A program made the position numbers and the translations under genes. The notes below the pieces were generated by a model that was not told the DNA's origin, made no database searches, and was given only the letters and a program-made list of their open reading frames with translations. Source: the human T2T-CHM13v2.0 reference genome, Homo sapiens. From it: a DNA stretch of 64,000 bases. Positions 1 through 16,999 of this stretch are shown piece after piece. The stretch lies in assembly GCF_009914755.1 (NCBI RefSeq), contig NC_060931.1; one strand, 5' to 3'. Each line of letters starts with the position of its first letter. Position 1 is the stretch's first letter.

Positions 1-644
1 GTCAATGGGGGAACTGAGATGCAGATCCCCTTTTCTTGAGGACACCTCTAATTTGGTTTCACAGAGCTGGGAGATGGTGCTCCCTCCTCTCCTCCACAAA
101 GAGAAAAGCCACGGCACACTTCCTCACTGCGGCCCCCTCTAAAATCTTTCTCTATTCAACTAACGTTCTTTTGAGTTATTTTCCTTTATGTGATCTGGTT
201 GCCATACAGAGGATGAAGCCCTCTTTTATAATATAAACCCTGAAGGGCATGTATGGCAGGTTCTTAATGTTCTCTTTGGAATTTGATGCTACATAGCTTC
301 TAATATACTGAATTTTGGGACTCTAAACAACATTCTAAAACAATAGGAAAAGTCTTTCCAATATCATGATGTGATCATCATTGCTGTTTCTTTTATTTTT
401 AATCTTTTTAAAATTTCACTTAACTTTTATAAATAGAGATTTGTATTTTAAAATATTCCAATGTGTGGAAATGTTTCTTGTAATAAAAGGGAATATTCCC
501 TTTAATTTTTCTCATGCACCTATATTTGGTTTTTCCTCACTTAGTTTATGCTGTTTTTCTATCCCCTTGTGCTTTCTACTGTTTTCTGTCTTTGATTACA
601 TGTACTGAGTGATTATTTTGTTTTTTAAATCGTGGTTTTTAAAA

Positions 645-743
645 TTTTTTAAATTTAAGTTCCAGGATACATGTGGAGAACGTGCAGGTTTGTTACATAG
701 GTACATGTGTGCCATGGTGGTTTGCTGCACCTATTGACCCATC
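645..743 (-). mobile_element. Heavily 5'-truncated L1PA (L1PA7-13-like) 3' end, ~100 bp
   Basis: Reverse-complement L1 3'UTR end (ttccaggatacatgtggagaacgtgcaggtttgttacataggtacatgtgtgccatggtggtttgctgcacc). Flanked by a degenerate TSD, taaatcgtggtttttaaaa (626-644) / taaattgtgttttaaaa (744-760). Confidence 0.85.
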
Positions 744-865
744 TAAATTGTGTTTTAAAAATTAAATGATTTGCCTTTATTTGTGGTAGTGATTGCCTTT
801 AATATTATCAAATATCTAATTAAACTTTCTCCCTTTATTGAAATCAAGAACAGAATTATAACTTC

Positions 866-1162
866 TTTTGTTTTTTTTCTTGGGACAGTTTCACTCTTAT
901 TGTCCAGGCTGGAGTACAATGGCATGATCTTGGCTCACTGCAGCCTCCGCCTCCTGGGTTCAAGTGATTCTCCTGCCTCAGCCTCCCGAGTAGCTGGGAT
1001 TGCAGGCATCTGCTGCGATGCCTGGCTAATTTTTGTATTTTTAGTAGAGATAGGGTTTCGCCATGTTGACCAGGCTGGTCTTGAACTCCTGGCCTCCGGT
1101 GATCTGCCCGCCTCGGCCTCCCAAAGTGTTGAGATTATAGGCATGAGCCACCGTGCCTGGCT
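866..1162 (-). mobile_element. AluSq/Sp-like full-length Alu
   Basis: T-tail, dimeric Alu body with caatgg and ctcttattgtcc diagnostics. TSD core gaattataac at 853-862 and 1165-1174. Confidence 0.95.
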
Positions 1163-1899
1163 TGGAATTATAACCTCTGACTCCTTCCTTTGCCCAGCGA
1201 AGAATTTAGTCTGTCTCATGCTTTTAAGTTCCCATCCTTTCCCGTTGGGTCCTTTAAGGGCTGGTTAATTTAAATGGATATAACAAAGCCACATTTTTAT
1301 TAAATATCATTTATTGTTTTAACCATGGAAATTATTTTTTAAGACTTATTGGTACTTTGGATTTTGAATTGAATTTTTCAAGCATTTTAACAAATTTTGT
1401 GCTTACTACCAGTATATTTATGTTATCATTTTTACTTTCTTGCATTTATAATTTTGATTCATCACTTGTTTACTTATATTGTTTTTGATTAAGCTTTCAG
1501 GAAGGCTATTGTTATACTTTCACAATTTCTGTATAGCTAGATAAATCTTTTTACTATTTTCACATCCAAATGAAGTTTTTCTGTATTTTAAATTCTTGAG
1601 TCAAAACAATAATTTCTCAAAATTCTGTAAACATTGTTTCATTGCACAGTGATGTTTAGTATTTCTAAGAAATCTAACGTAAGATGGACATTTTTCTGTT
1701 CGAAGGTTCCTCGTATATTTTCTCTTCCATTGACATTTAAAACTTTCACTGGGTTAGACCTAAGTGTAGGTCTTTTAAATTAGCTTTCTTAGAATTAATC
1801 TTTCTTTAAAAAAAATCTTCAGATTGGGCATTCTGATTTCAGAGAATTTTACTAATCCAGGGATTTTACCGATAGTATTCATTAAAATATTTTTGAATT

Positions 1900-2282
1900 T
1901 AAAGAGAACTCAAACTCAAGTTTGCTTAAACAACAAAGTGTTATGTTAGATAAAAAGCTGAATGGTGCAGAGACAGGAAGGTGTTTAGGTGTCACATACC
2001 CTAAATTCCTATTGTTATTAGGGCATCAATTCTCCTGGCTCTGCCCCTTCTAATCCTTTGTAAGCTTCATTCTCAGCATACTTTGCCTCACTTAAGTGAT
2101 ATGGTTGCCAGCAGTTTCCAGGGCTGCAGCCTTCTCTATTCATACCCAGGAGGAGAGACAGCGTCTGTTCTCACATTTGTTGAATAAAAGCTCTGTGTTT
2201 CACTCTGATTGGGTAATCGCAGGTCATATGCCCACTTGGAACCAATCACTATGAGACCGAGGCAGGGCTTAGACCAGTCAAC
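1900..2282 (-). mobile_element. Old MaLR LTR fragment (MLT1J/K/L-like)
   Basis: Motifs ctctgattggg...ggtcatatgcccacttggaaccaatcactatg and gcttaaacaacaaag resemble old MLT1 LTRs; highly diverged. Confidence 0.55.
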
Positions 2283-2607
2283 TTGGTTTCACTTCTGTTC
2301 TCATCTCTGTTATGGTTTGTATTTCTTACATCTTTCTTTTTTGTTTTGGGAGACTTTCAAGTTTATCCTCTACTTGCTGAGTAGGTTTTTGTCAGTTTTG
2401 CTTTTTACTGCCTCTAATGTGAATTTTAATACAATTTCATTAAAACATATTGTATCTTAGTTTTTAGTCTTCTTCCCTTTATTTCTGCCTTTATTGCAAT
2501 CTATTCTCTTCTGCTAGTCCCCTGTATTATTTTTTTTTCCTAAGAAACTGTCTTTTTGTATTTTGGGGGAGATTGTGAAGAAATTTTGAAAACATTCTGG
2601 GCTGTAG

Positions 2608-2701
2608 AACAATGTGAATGTCTTTAATGCCATTAAACTGTACACTTAAAAATGGTTAAAAATATTTATTTTATGTTAGGTATAATTTAACACAATAAAA
2701 A
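2608..2701 (+). mobile_element. Old L1M (L1MB/MC-like) 3' terminal fragment
   Basis: aacaatgtgaatgtctttaatgccattaaactgtacacttaaaaatggttaaaa...acaataaaa matches the L1MB-type 3' end. Confidence 0.75.
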
Positions 2702-3348
2702 TTCTTCTTTTATAGAAAATAATTCTCAATGTGTATTCTTCCTCCAGCTGTTCAGAATAATATTTCCTTTCCCTTGTAATAAAACATTTTATTAGTCCAC
2801 ATGTTTTGTTTATTTGCATGCATTTTTATTAACTTATCTCTAGCCTTAGCAGGATTTACCTAAGTTCGGTTTGCTAAAAGTCAAGGTATATGCAGTGATA
2901 GTAGTAACTTTTTGAGTAAATATGACTTTTCTTCTCTGGTCTAGACCTGGAATGGTTCACATGTTCAGAATCCCCAGGACAAATTCTAATTTTTGGTAGA
3001 AATTTAGTAGGATCTTTTATTCTTTTAATTCTTGTTTCCTTGTGTTTTACTTTATAGGATATGAGGCAGTATTTTGTCTTCTTTGCATATGCAAGTGTTA
3101 TATATGAGAGATTATGCCCTTAGCATGTACTGCTTCTAGAAACTCTAACTTTACTTTACATCTATGAAGCGTTTCTGAAGGTGTCTACACATCCAGGATG
3201 AAATATGCTACAGCCAGTTTCCTCTACCTGTTGGCATGTTGGGAACTGAGATTTAGAGTTTTTCATACAAGTGAGAGAAAAGTGACTCTTAGAGGTGGTG
3301 GAAGCATAGAAGCACAGGAGGTCTGGACAGATAATAGTTCTTAGGCAC

Positions 3349-3387
3349 TGTGTGTGTGTGTGTGTGTGTGTGTGTCTGTGTGTGTGT
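3349..3387 (+). repeat. (TG)n microsatellite, ~19 units with one interruption
   Basis: Directly visible. Confidence 0.98.
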
Positions 3388-3661
3388 AAAGGGGCAAGAA
3401 TTTACTGTTTGAGTTTCTGGTCATTATAGCTACTCTATATGAGTACATCTTTTTTTCTAAAAATTGATCCTGTCCTGGAGGTTCCTTTTCAGATATTTTA
3501 ATTGATGCTAATAATTGATTCTGCAACTAGTGCAAATTGCCCTGGCTTTTGTCAAGTTTTCTCCAATGTCAGGAAACAACATCTTCCAACTGTTGAAGAG
3601 AACGACCTCCTGTTCTTTCTCGCTCTAAATTAAGAAAATCTGACCAACATGAATCAGGTGC

Positions 3662-4230
3662 TGTGCTGGTTATTAAGATAGCATCTCTCAGTTCCAAATA
3701 AATCTTCTCAAGTTGGCTTTGTGATGCTGGGTCTGGGACATTCTAACCTACATTCTTCTTCCCTCCTCTGCCATCTGGTTCTCTATTAGGCTGTACCCCT
3801 AGAGAGCCTCAGAAGAAGATGGAAAGGCAGGATGAAGGGGAGAAGGGCCCTCCTCTCTCCTGCTTGCTGGTCCATCAGCATCACCCTGTAGCATTTTGCC
3901 TCAGCAGGGGCAGCTGGTTCCAGCCTCCTGCTTCTTTTGGCACTCAGATCTGGAAACAGCTGTCAGTGCCCTTCGTTGGAGGTCTGAGCTGGGTCCCTGG
4001 GCTTCTCCTTCCTCAGAGGTCTGAACTGGGTCCCTGGGCTTCTCCTCTGAGCTCCCAGGTCTTAGTGATTGCAACCTTTTCTGTTTGTCCTATAGCCCTA
4101 AGGGTGGAAGATGTTTCCTGAGCTTTGTACCTCTGGTCTACCTCAGTGTTTTCATTTGTTCATTTTACCCTCTAATTCCAATGTTGAAATTGCATGTGTG
4201 GGTTCGTTTTCCTGTTGAATCCTAAGTGAT
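3662..4230. mobile_element. ERVL-class LTR (LTR33/LTR41-like) with an internal ~37-bp tandem duplication
   Basis: Begins tgtgctggttattaag...ctctcagttccaaat...ctttgtgatgctggg. The segment gaggtctgarctgggtccctgggcttctcct is repeated at ~3979-4048. Confidence 0.55.
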
Positions 4231-5792
4231 GCTGGTGCTTAGTACTTACTGGACCTAGGGATCTGGGGCAAGAGAACAAATGGCAATTGCTCTGAGGACC
4301 ATGAGGTGGGTATTGATGTAAGAATCCCACCCCACCCCCACACAAAAAAGAGGGGAAAGATCAAATATCTATTTCTACATGTATAGGAACAATATCTATT
4401 TCTACATGTAACAAAATAAGAGCAGTATTTTAGGGCAAATAAAAGGAAGTACCACTCTACACACCCCATAAGTACCACATATAACTTATGTCCTTAGTTT
4501 TGTAGAATGTATGGTTTCCAACTAAGTGAAGCTTTAGGGAATTAGTAGTGCAAAATATAGATAGTTGGCTTCTTTACAGCACTTTTCCACCAAACATCCT
4601 TTGGAACCCTTGTCAGAAGATGTTGCCTGAGTTAGCTCTCTTCTATCTCTCTTTTTGTAAATTAAAGTAAGATAAAAAAAACAGAAAGTGAGGTAGAAAG
4701 CAAAGTATTTTGACAAAATTTAAACATGTCAGATATTCAGATCAACCTGTACAGGAGAGTACCCTTAGCTGGGCAGAGCGCACAGCTCTAGGAACCTGCG
4801 CTGCTGGAGAGTGATCTCAAAGCCACCGTTCGGAGCCTGACCTTTTCCTATTTCTATCAGCTTTCTTCTGGTGTCTCTTTTCTGCCTCTTCCTCTTACTA
4901 TTCTTTAACAGCTCCTGAAATCTAATCCTTATTTGGCACTGGGGTAAAAATAGATAGGCACTGATGAAGGGCTGCATCTTAGGAACGATAATTTGTCAGT
5001 CTTAGAAGAGCCTTGGCAAAATGGTGTGTTTTGTCCTCAGATCCACAGATGCAGGAACTTGATTGGGTTGGGGTCCCGGAATTGCTTGGCCTGACGGAGT
5101 CATACAAACCAAATTTCCAAAAGATTAATACAAAATTAAAAGATTAATGAGGGTTTAAATATACTCATTTACAATGGAAAATATACATCACTAAGCAATA
5201 ATTACCATGCCTTTAAGTACTTATTTGTTGTTATTTCCCACATGCTGTAAAAGTCATCGTTGTAGGGAAGGACAGAAAGGATATAAGCTTATGCTTAAAA
5301 ATAGTAAAAGGGCTCTCAAGACTTCACAAGCCTTAACAGAAAGGAGCCAAGATAAGATGAGGCTAACAATGTGAAATAATTGGTATAGTTCTATGGAATG
5401 CCACATATTTTTGCATCATATTTGTTAGCTTCTCTTACCTGGACTGCCCATTCGTGATTTTGTGCATTCATCTACTTCTCTCTGAAAAATACCTTACTGA
5501 ATGAAATCAGCTAATACAACCAGAAGAAAAAAGTTGAAATGTCCAATTAATGTTAGGGGCTGAGGACAAGGGAACAATTCCTAGATTTCAATGTAATCAA
5601 GGCAAATACTGAAATGCTGATTAATATTTAGTGTGGGGATTTAAAATCCAATTGGCTTGTGCTTTTATTGGGGTTGGAATAGCCAGGCAGCTGTTTCTGA
5701 GCTCTTCCATACACTATAAATGCCAAGGAGTATGAATATCCAAGTATTGAACATTTATTGAGGTTTCCCTATTTGAAGAAGATAAAGAATAA

Positions 5793-6270
<478 letters not shown>

Positions 6271-6864
6271 CTTTATAAGCTTTTAAGTTAGGGAACAATA
6301 CTTACACATAGGAAACAATAACAAAGAAAACAACAGTAGATCAATAAGTACTAAATGGCTACACCAAGTTATAAATGCTACAGAACTGCAGAGAAAGGAT
6401 CAGATTGCTCTTTGAGGAGGGCAAGTCTGGCAGCCTTTGGGAAGAGTGATTAGATGGGAGAGCAGGAACATCACCTCAAAGGCCATTGCGGTAGGATTGG
6501 AGGAAACCAGGGGCAACTTGTGTAGTAGCACAGTGTGGTATGTGGCCATGAGACATTTCAGATCAGTATTGGGAACCAATTACACCAGACCTACAGAGAA
6601 TGAGTAGAATGCTTACAGTGTAATTACTTAGAGGAGGGTCAAGTTAGAATCTGGGGTACAGGTGAAAATTGGAAATGGTAAAGTCAGATGTCCAAATAGA
6701 AAGGTGGGGCGGTGTGAAAGCCATGTGGCAAGGATGTTTAAGTGTTGTTTAGAGCTGTGGTTTGAGCTGGATGGCAGAGGCAAGAGCCAGATCATGAAAG
6801 CCATTGTTATGGACGCTGAATTCAGTGGCACATGTGGAAGAACAAGGAAATGTGTGAAAGACAG

Positions 6865-6948
6865 GTGAGATTGTCACTAATGCTGTTAGTGAGATTGTTA
6901 CTAATGCTGTTAATGAGATTGTTACTAATGTGAGACTGTTACTAATGC
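6865..6948 (+). repeat. Short tandem repeat, ~24-bp unit (gtgagattgttactaatgctgtta), ~3.5 copies
   Basis: Directly visible. Confidence 0.9.
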
Positions 6949-7977
6949 CCGCTCTCTTTTCCTTTTTAGGAGAAAGTGGGGGCAGTTTTAGAAAACCTGT
7001 CAGCTTGTGACTGCTGAAGCCAGTCAGAATCCAAGTAGAGCTTATTAACTACAGCAGAAGCCAGAACAAGGGACAGGTGTACTTGAGATGATCCTAAGTG
7101 GTGTATAAGAGGTGCCTGGTGGTGTACAAGAGGGCAGAATGGCAATTTTCGCAGGATAGACAAAGGCAATGTCCCAAATCTCCCACTGCAAATACTTAAA
7201 AGTACTAGATAAAACAGTTTTGAATACAGGATATTGGAGCTGTCCTTTACATGGGTAAAGGTGAGGATGGGGGTTTCTGTCTTAGTTACCTTGAGCCTGA
7301 TTGAAATGTTGTGCTATACATAAGACCTTTGCATAAAGCTAAGTCCATCAAAGGACCATTGTCTTAAAGCAAGAAGTGACTAGAAAAGCAGTCCACCATT
7401 GCAGGGAGATGAAGAGGCAATTATGCCTCTTGGTCTGAGCTTTTGATAAAATATATATGTACATATCCAAAGAGGAACCTGTAACTCCGATTTATATCTC
7501 TCCCAAGTTTGGATTTCTAAACACTCTTTAGCATCCCAGAAATCCCTAACTGAAAAATAATTAAAGCTCATCACTGTGTATTGGTATCCCTGGGGTACCA
7601 GGCAGCAGCAAATGCAAAACCACTTTGAAAATACATTTCCATAAGCAGGCCCACAGATCTCTCATAGAAAAAATAAACCACTAGAATTATTATCATTATT
7701 ATCTCACAATCAAAATCATAAATCATGTGGGAAAATAATCCATCATGAGAGAAAGAGAGAGTCAGCACATGTAGGGAGGTCGGAGACCTTGAACTCAGTG
7801 AAATCATCTGAATGAGAATAGAAAGAAAAGGTTTGTAAGGATTAAAGAGGGAGAAAAATAACAGGGCACAAATAAGTAGCATAACCTTCTGAAAAAAAAT
7901 TTAAAAATCTTTGAATAAGAACCAAATAGAACTTCCAGAAACAAAATTTTAACCAATAAAGTTAAAAACTCAATGGC

Positions 7978-8349
7978 TGATATGGCTTGGCTGTGCCTTC
8001 ACCCAAATCTCAACTTGAATTGTGTCTCCCAGAATTCCCACATATTGTGGGAGGGACCCAGGGGGAGGTAATTGAATCACGGGGGGTGGTTTTTTCCTGT
8101 GCTATTCTCGTGATAGTGAGTAAGTCTCACAAGATCTGATGAGTTTATCAGAGGTTTCCACTTTTGCTTCTTCCTCATTCTGTCTTGCCGCCACAATGTA
8201 AGAATTGTCTCTCACCCTCTGCCATGTAAGAATTCTCTTTCACCCTCTGCCGTGATCGTGAGACCTTCCCCAGCCATGTGAAACTGTAAGTCCAATTAAA
8301 CCTCTTTATTTTGTAAATTGCCCAGTCTGGGGTATGTTGGACTAATACA
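7978..8349 (+). mobile_element. THE1A solo LTR (ERVL-MaLR)
   Basis: tgatatgg...aacttgaattgtgtctcccagaattcccac...actaataca. Perfect 5-bp TSD atggc (7973-7977 / 8350-8354). Internal ~28-bp duplication near 8195-8250. Confidence 0.93.
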
Positions 8350-8508
8350 ATGGCTTAAACATCGATTCAATATCACTGAAATTATTCCTATGTATCTGGA
8401 AGATAGGGCTGGGGAAATTATCCAGAATGCAGAGCAGAAAAGGGTAGAGGTAGAAAAATCTGAGGGATAAAGAAGCATATGGAATATAGTAAGAAAATAC
8501 AGAATATC

Positions 8509-8885
8509 TGTTTTATCTTGGGTTGATAAACAAAGTTTCATAAACTGGGTGACTTACAAGCCACAGAAATGTATTTCTTACCATTTTGGAGGCTGGAAGT
8601 CCAAGATCAAAGTACCAGCATATCCAGTGTCTGGTGAGGGCCTGTCTCCTGGTTTGTAGAGGGCTGTCTCCTCATTGTATCTTCATCTGGTGGGGAGCAG
8701 AGAGGAAACAAACAAACCAGCCAAAAACCTCACGTCTTCTTATAAGGGCACTAATCCCATTTAAGAGGGCTCCATCCTCATGATCTAATTATCTCCAAAA
8801 GGCCCCACTTCCTAATACCATCAAATTGGGGGTTAGTATTTCAACATATGAATTTTGGGGGAACAAAGACATTCAGTTCATGACA
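8509..8885 (-). mobile_element. MLT1A/MLT1A0 solo LTR
   Basis: ggaggctggaagtccaagatcaa...ttataagggcactaatcccatt...tttcaacatatgaattttggggg. Perfect 5-bp TSD atatc (8504-8508 / 8886-8890). Confidence 0.9.
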
Positions 8886-9201
8886 ATATCTAACAGGAAT
8901 TCTAAAGTAAGAGATGAAATGTTTAAAGATTGGTTACAATTTTTCCAAAATTGGAAGATATGAAATCTTTATATTCAGTAGTGTAACTAGTCCTGAATAG
9001 AATGAACAGAAAATAAATTTATAAAGCAACACTGTGGATAGACTACGAGAGAGAAAATCTTACAAGCAGCCAGAGAGAAATAATAGGTTATCCTCAAAGA
9101 AACAAAATTTAGCACACAGAAGTTTTCTCAGAAGCATAGCTAGACATCAGAAGACAATGATATTTTTAATACTGGTGAGCGCAAAGAAATGGAACATAAC
9201 A

Positions 9202-9308
9202 GAGGGTGATCAACCATGACATTTTGCTAGAAACTGTCCTGGTTTTAGCACTGAAAGTTCCAAGTCCTGGGAAATCCCTCAGTCCAAAGCAGATCATTGA
9301 TCACCCTA
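9202..9308. mobile_element. MER81 (hAT-Blackjack MITE)
   Basis: TIRs agggtgatcaa...ttgatcacccta, with central gtcctggttttagcactgaaagttcc. Confidence 0.85.
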
Positions 9309-9672
9309 CACTGCTCTATGTGGTTAAGCTGTCATTAAAGAGTGAGAACAAAAAAAAAATGTTGTTAAAAAGTATGAGTGAAATAATGTTATCTGAAAAA
9401 AGGCTGAAAAAGTTCATCTCTTGTAGACTGTTGTTGTTTTTTTTTTCAGTTTCTTTTTTTTTTTATTATTATACTTTAAGTTTTAGGGTGCATGTGCACA
9501 ATGTGCAGGTTAGTTACATATGTATACATGTGCCATGCTGGTGCACTGCACCCACTAACTCGTCATCTAGCATTAGGTATATCTCCCAATGCTATCCCTC
9601 CCCCCTCCCCCCACCCCACAACAGTCCCCAGAGTGTGATGTTCCCCTTCCTGTGTCCATGTGTTCTCATTCT

Positions 9673-13490
<3,818 letters not shown>

Positions 13491-13553
13491 TATGATGTTA
13501 GCTGGTTATTTTGCTCGTTAGTTGATGCAGTTTCTTCCTAGTCTCGATGGTGT

Positions 13554-14039
13554 TTACATTTTGGCATGATTTTGCAGCGGCTGGTACTGGTTGTTCCTTT
13601 CCATGTTTAGCGCTTCTTTCAGGCGCTCTTTTAGGGCTTATTCTTTTTTCTCTAAACTTCCCTTCTCACTTCATTTCATTCATTTCATCTTCCATTGCTG
13701 ATACCCTTTCTTCCAGTTGATCGCATCGGCTCCTGAGGCTTCTGCATTCTTCAAGTAGTTCTCGAGCCTTGGTTTTCAGCTCCATCAGCTCCTTTAAGCA
13801 CTTCTCTGTATTGGTTATTCTAGTTATACATTCTTCTAAATTTTTTTCAAAGTTTTCAACTTCTTTGCCTCCCGTAGCTCGGAGTAATTTGATCATCTGA
13901 AGCCTTCTTCTCTCAGCTTGTCAAAGTCATTCTCCGTCCAGCTTTGTTCCATTGCTAGTGAGGAGCTGCGTTCCTTTGGAGGAGGAGAGGCGCTCTGCTT
14001 TTTAGAGTTTCCAGTTTTTCTGCTCTGTTTTTTCCCTAT
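13554..14039 (-). pseudogene. Disrupted L1 ORF1
   Basis: Start ATG>ATA at 14037-14039. Coiled-coil peptide KEVENFEKNLEECITRITNTEK. 16-bp deletion near 13870, CGA>TGA at 13666, and a junction at ~13637 removing codons ~140-311. Confidence 0.93.
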
Positions 14040-14941
14040 CTTTGTGGTTTTATCTACTTTTGGTCTTTGATGATGGTGATGTACAGATGGGTTTTTGGTG
14101 TGGACGTCCTTTCTGTTTGTTAGTTTTCCTTCTAACAGACAGGACCCTCAGCTGCAGGTCTGTTGGAGTACCCGGCCCTGTGAGGTGTCAGTCTGCCCCT
14201 GCTGGGGGGTGCCTCCCAGTTAGGCTGCTCGGGGGTCAGGGGTCAGGGACCCACTTGAGGAGGCAGTCTGCCCATTCTCAGATCTACAGCTGCTTGCTGG
14301 GAGAACCACTGCTCTCTTCAAAGCTGTCAGACAGGGACATTTAAGTCTGCAGAGGTTACTGCTGTCTTTTTGTTTGTCTGTGCCCTGCCCCCAGAGGTGG
14401 AGCCTACAGAGGCAGGCAGGCCTCCTTGAGCTGTGGTGGGCTCCACCCAGTTCAAGCTTCCCGGCTGCTTTGTTTACCTAAGGAAGCCTGGGCAATGGCG
14501 GGCGCCCCTCCCCCAGCCTCGCTGCCGCCTTGCAGTTTGACCTCAGACTGCTGTGCTAGCAGTTAGCGAGACTGTGGGCGTAGGACCCTCCGAGCCAGGT
14601 GCGGGATATAATCTCCTGGTGCGCCGTTTTTTAAGCCCGTCAGAAAAGCGCAGTATTCGGGTGGGAGTGACCCAATTTTCCAGGTGCCATCTGTCACCCC
14701 TTTCTTTGACTAGGAAAGAGAACTCCCTGACCCCTTGCATTTCCCAAGTGAGGCAATGCCTCTCCCTGCTTCGGCTCGCAGGTGGTGCGTGCACCCACTG
14801 ACCTGCGCCCACTCTCTGGCACTCCCTAGTGAGATGAACCCGGTACCTTAGATGGAAATGCAGAAATCACCCGTCTTCTGCGTCGCTCACTCTGGGAGCT
14901 GCAGACTGGAGCTGTTCCTATTCAGCCATCTTGGCTCCTCC
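14040..14941. promoter_or_regulatory. L1 5'UTR with internal sense promoter (- strand) and antisense promoter (+ strand)
   Basis: ~900-bp relatively CpG-rich L1PA2/3 5'UTR with a YY1 motif at ~14924-14934. Promoter function is established for the family but is not shown for this copy. Confidence 0.7.
14495..14710 (+). pseudogene. Disrupted L1 ORF0
   Basis: ATG at 14495 gives MAGAPPPASLPPCSLTSDCCASS, then TAG at 14564-14566. The downstream VGVGPSEPGAGYNLLVRRFLS... lies in another frame (ORF 14553-14801). Confidence 0.85.
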
Positions 14942-15551
14942 TAAGTGTCGACTGTTGTTGAAAGGACTACTGAAGAATATAGTTTAGGAAAAACAAAATC
15001 AATCTAGATGGAAGGAATTGGATATAATAGGCAATGGGGAACAAAACAGGTAAAATGTTGATTAGTATAAAGAAGTATTGACTATACAAAATAATAATTA
15101 TAACAACTAGCAATTTTAGAGCTATAAAAAGGAAAAAAAGGAGAGAAAAACCAACTGACAACAATAACATTTAAGACACTGGGGTGTGCAGATATAGTGG
15201 TGCCAGTAATTATCATTTCCAAGTGCATGAAATGATAGGGATGGAGATAGGACTATTGGCTAAGTGTATACTTTAAATATGCATGTTAAAAATTCTGGTG
15301 TCCCTTCTACTTCCCCCTCTCTTTCTGAACAATTCAGTTTTAAAGCCATTAGGGCAAGATATAGGCATCTGTGCTGGGGTGGGCGGGTGCTAGCCATGGT
15401 GGCCCAGAGTGGGGCAATGGAGTCCAAGCCGAGTGAGGAGGATGTTCATGTAGGGGTACACCTGGTGCAGGTGTCAGAGCAAGAATGGAGTAAGAAAGGT
15501 ATTTGCACAGGAGGCCTGCCCAGCACAGGGTGTCAGAAGCTAAGAGGGGTC

Positions 15552-15702
15552 AATCAAGCATCCACACAATGGGTGACATAGTGCAGGGTGGTGAAGCCAA
15601 TAGGTGAGGAGGGTGTCCATGCAGTAAATCAAGCATCCACACAATGGGTGACATAGTGCAGGGTGGTGAAGTCAATACGGTGAGGAGGGTGTCCATGCAG
15701 TA
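15552..15702 (+). repeat. Tandem duplication, 75/76-bp unit x2
   Basis: aatcaagcatccacacaatgggtgacatagtgcagggtggtgaag...gtccatgcagta at 15552-15626 and 15627-15702, differing by 1 substitution and 1 indel. Confidence 0.95.
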
Positions 15703-16216
15703 CTGTGTGAGGGAGGCATCTCCATAGGGCTGCCTGGTATGGGGTATCAGAGCCCAGGCCTGAAGAGGAGGAAGTCCAGGTGACAGGGGTGGCTGCTTGG
15801 CATGGTGGGTGGGGTTGAGTGGGGTGAGAAGAGTGACCATATGGGAGAGAGGAGTGCAGGAGAGATTGGAAGTTGGTTACAGATGGGGATGTTTTTCAAA
15901 TAAGTAAGTATATTAAGAATAATTGGGAGCCAGATATCTCATGGTCAGAGAGGGAGAGTTACAAAGTGTAAGGGGATAAAACTGTAATGGTTGGATTGAA
16001 ATTGGTGGTATCTGTGTAAACTTGGAATTCTCAATATAGATAGGCAGGTATAGGAATAAATATAAATTTAAGTGTACGTATATACATGTATTTATGTATA
16101 TGCATACATATCCATACAAGCATATATGTGTTTCTTAGTTTACGCCACTGATTGTTTGGGAGCCAAATAAAGGACAATTTGAACATCATATTGAGCATCA
16201 CTATCACAGCAAATAG

Positions 16217-16578
16217 TGCTATGGTCTGAATGTTGGTGTACCCCCCTCAATTCCTATGTTGAAACTTAATTTCCAATGTGATAGTATTAAGAGGTGGAGC
16301 CCATTGGGAAATGATTAAATCATGAGGACTCCTCCCTCATGTATGGGATTAGTGTCCTTATAAAAGAGATTGAAGGGGGCATGTTTGCCCTTTTTGCCAT
16401 TGAAAAAAAAAAAAACTCAGCAGGAAGGCGCCATCTATGAGGAGTGGGCTCTCATCAGACACCGAATCCGCTAGCACCTTGATCTTGGTTTTCCCAGCCT
16501 CCAGAACTGTAAATTTCTGTTGTTTGTACATTGCTTAGTCTAAAGTACTCTGTTACAGCAGCTGAATGGACTAAGACA
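16217..16578 (+). mobile_element. MLT1A0-like solo LTR
   Basis: tgctatggtctgaatgt...gggattagtgtccttataaaagaga...ccagcctccagaactgt...ggactaagaca. Confidence 0.88.
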
Positions 16579-16641
16579 ATTTGTAACATTTTAGAACCCA
16601 CTGAGTGTGTACTAATATACATTACCAAATAAATAAAGTGA

Positions 16642-16999
<358 letters not shown>

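Larger units (their letters stand above)
7170..9420 (+). mobile_element. Very old L1M (5'/ORF1-region) relic hosting THE1A, MLT1A0 and MER81; continues after 14960
   Basis: A-rich, degenerate L1 ORF1-like sequence (aaccaaatagaacttccagaaacaaaa...aaaaactcaatgg; gaaattatccagaatgcagagcag; aatcttacaagcagccagagagaaa). Confidence 0.55.

Noticed and set aside
771-1268. Alu-overlapping ORFs (also 29904-30286, 32250-32766, 50976-51509, 59737-59971, 63088-63378)
   Set aside because: These are typical Alu-derived peptide strings, not genes.
9437-9465. Interrupted tail T10-cagtttc-T11 as a 3' transduction
   Set aside because: Seven nucleotides is too short to distinguish from tail mutation.
13630-13645. 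ORF1 deletion as a spliced L1 integrant
   Set aside because: By the recalled consensus, the removed segment begins aaag and ends gcct on the L1 sense strand, not GT...AG.
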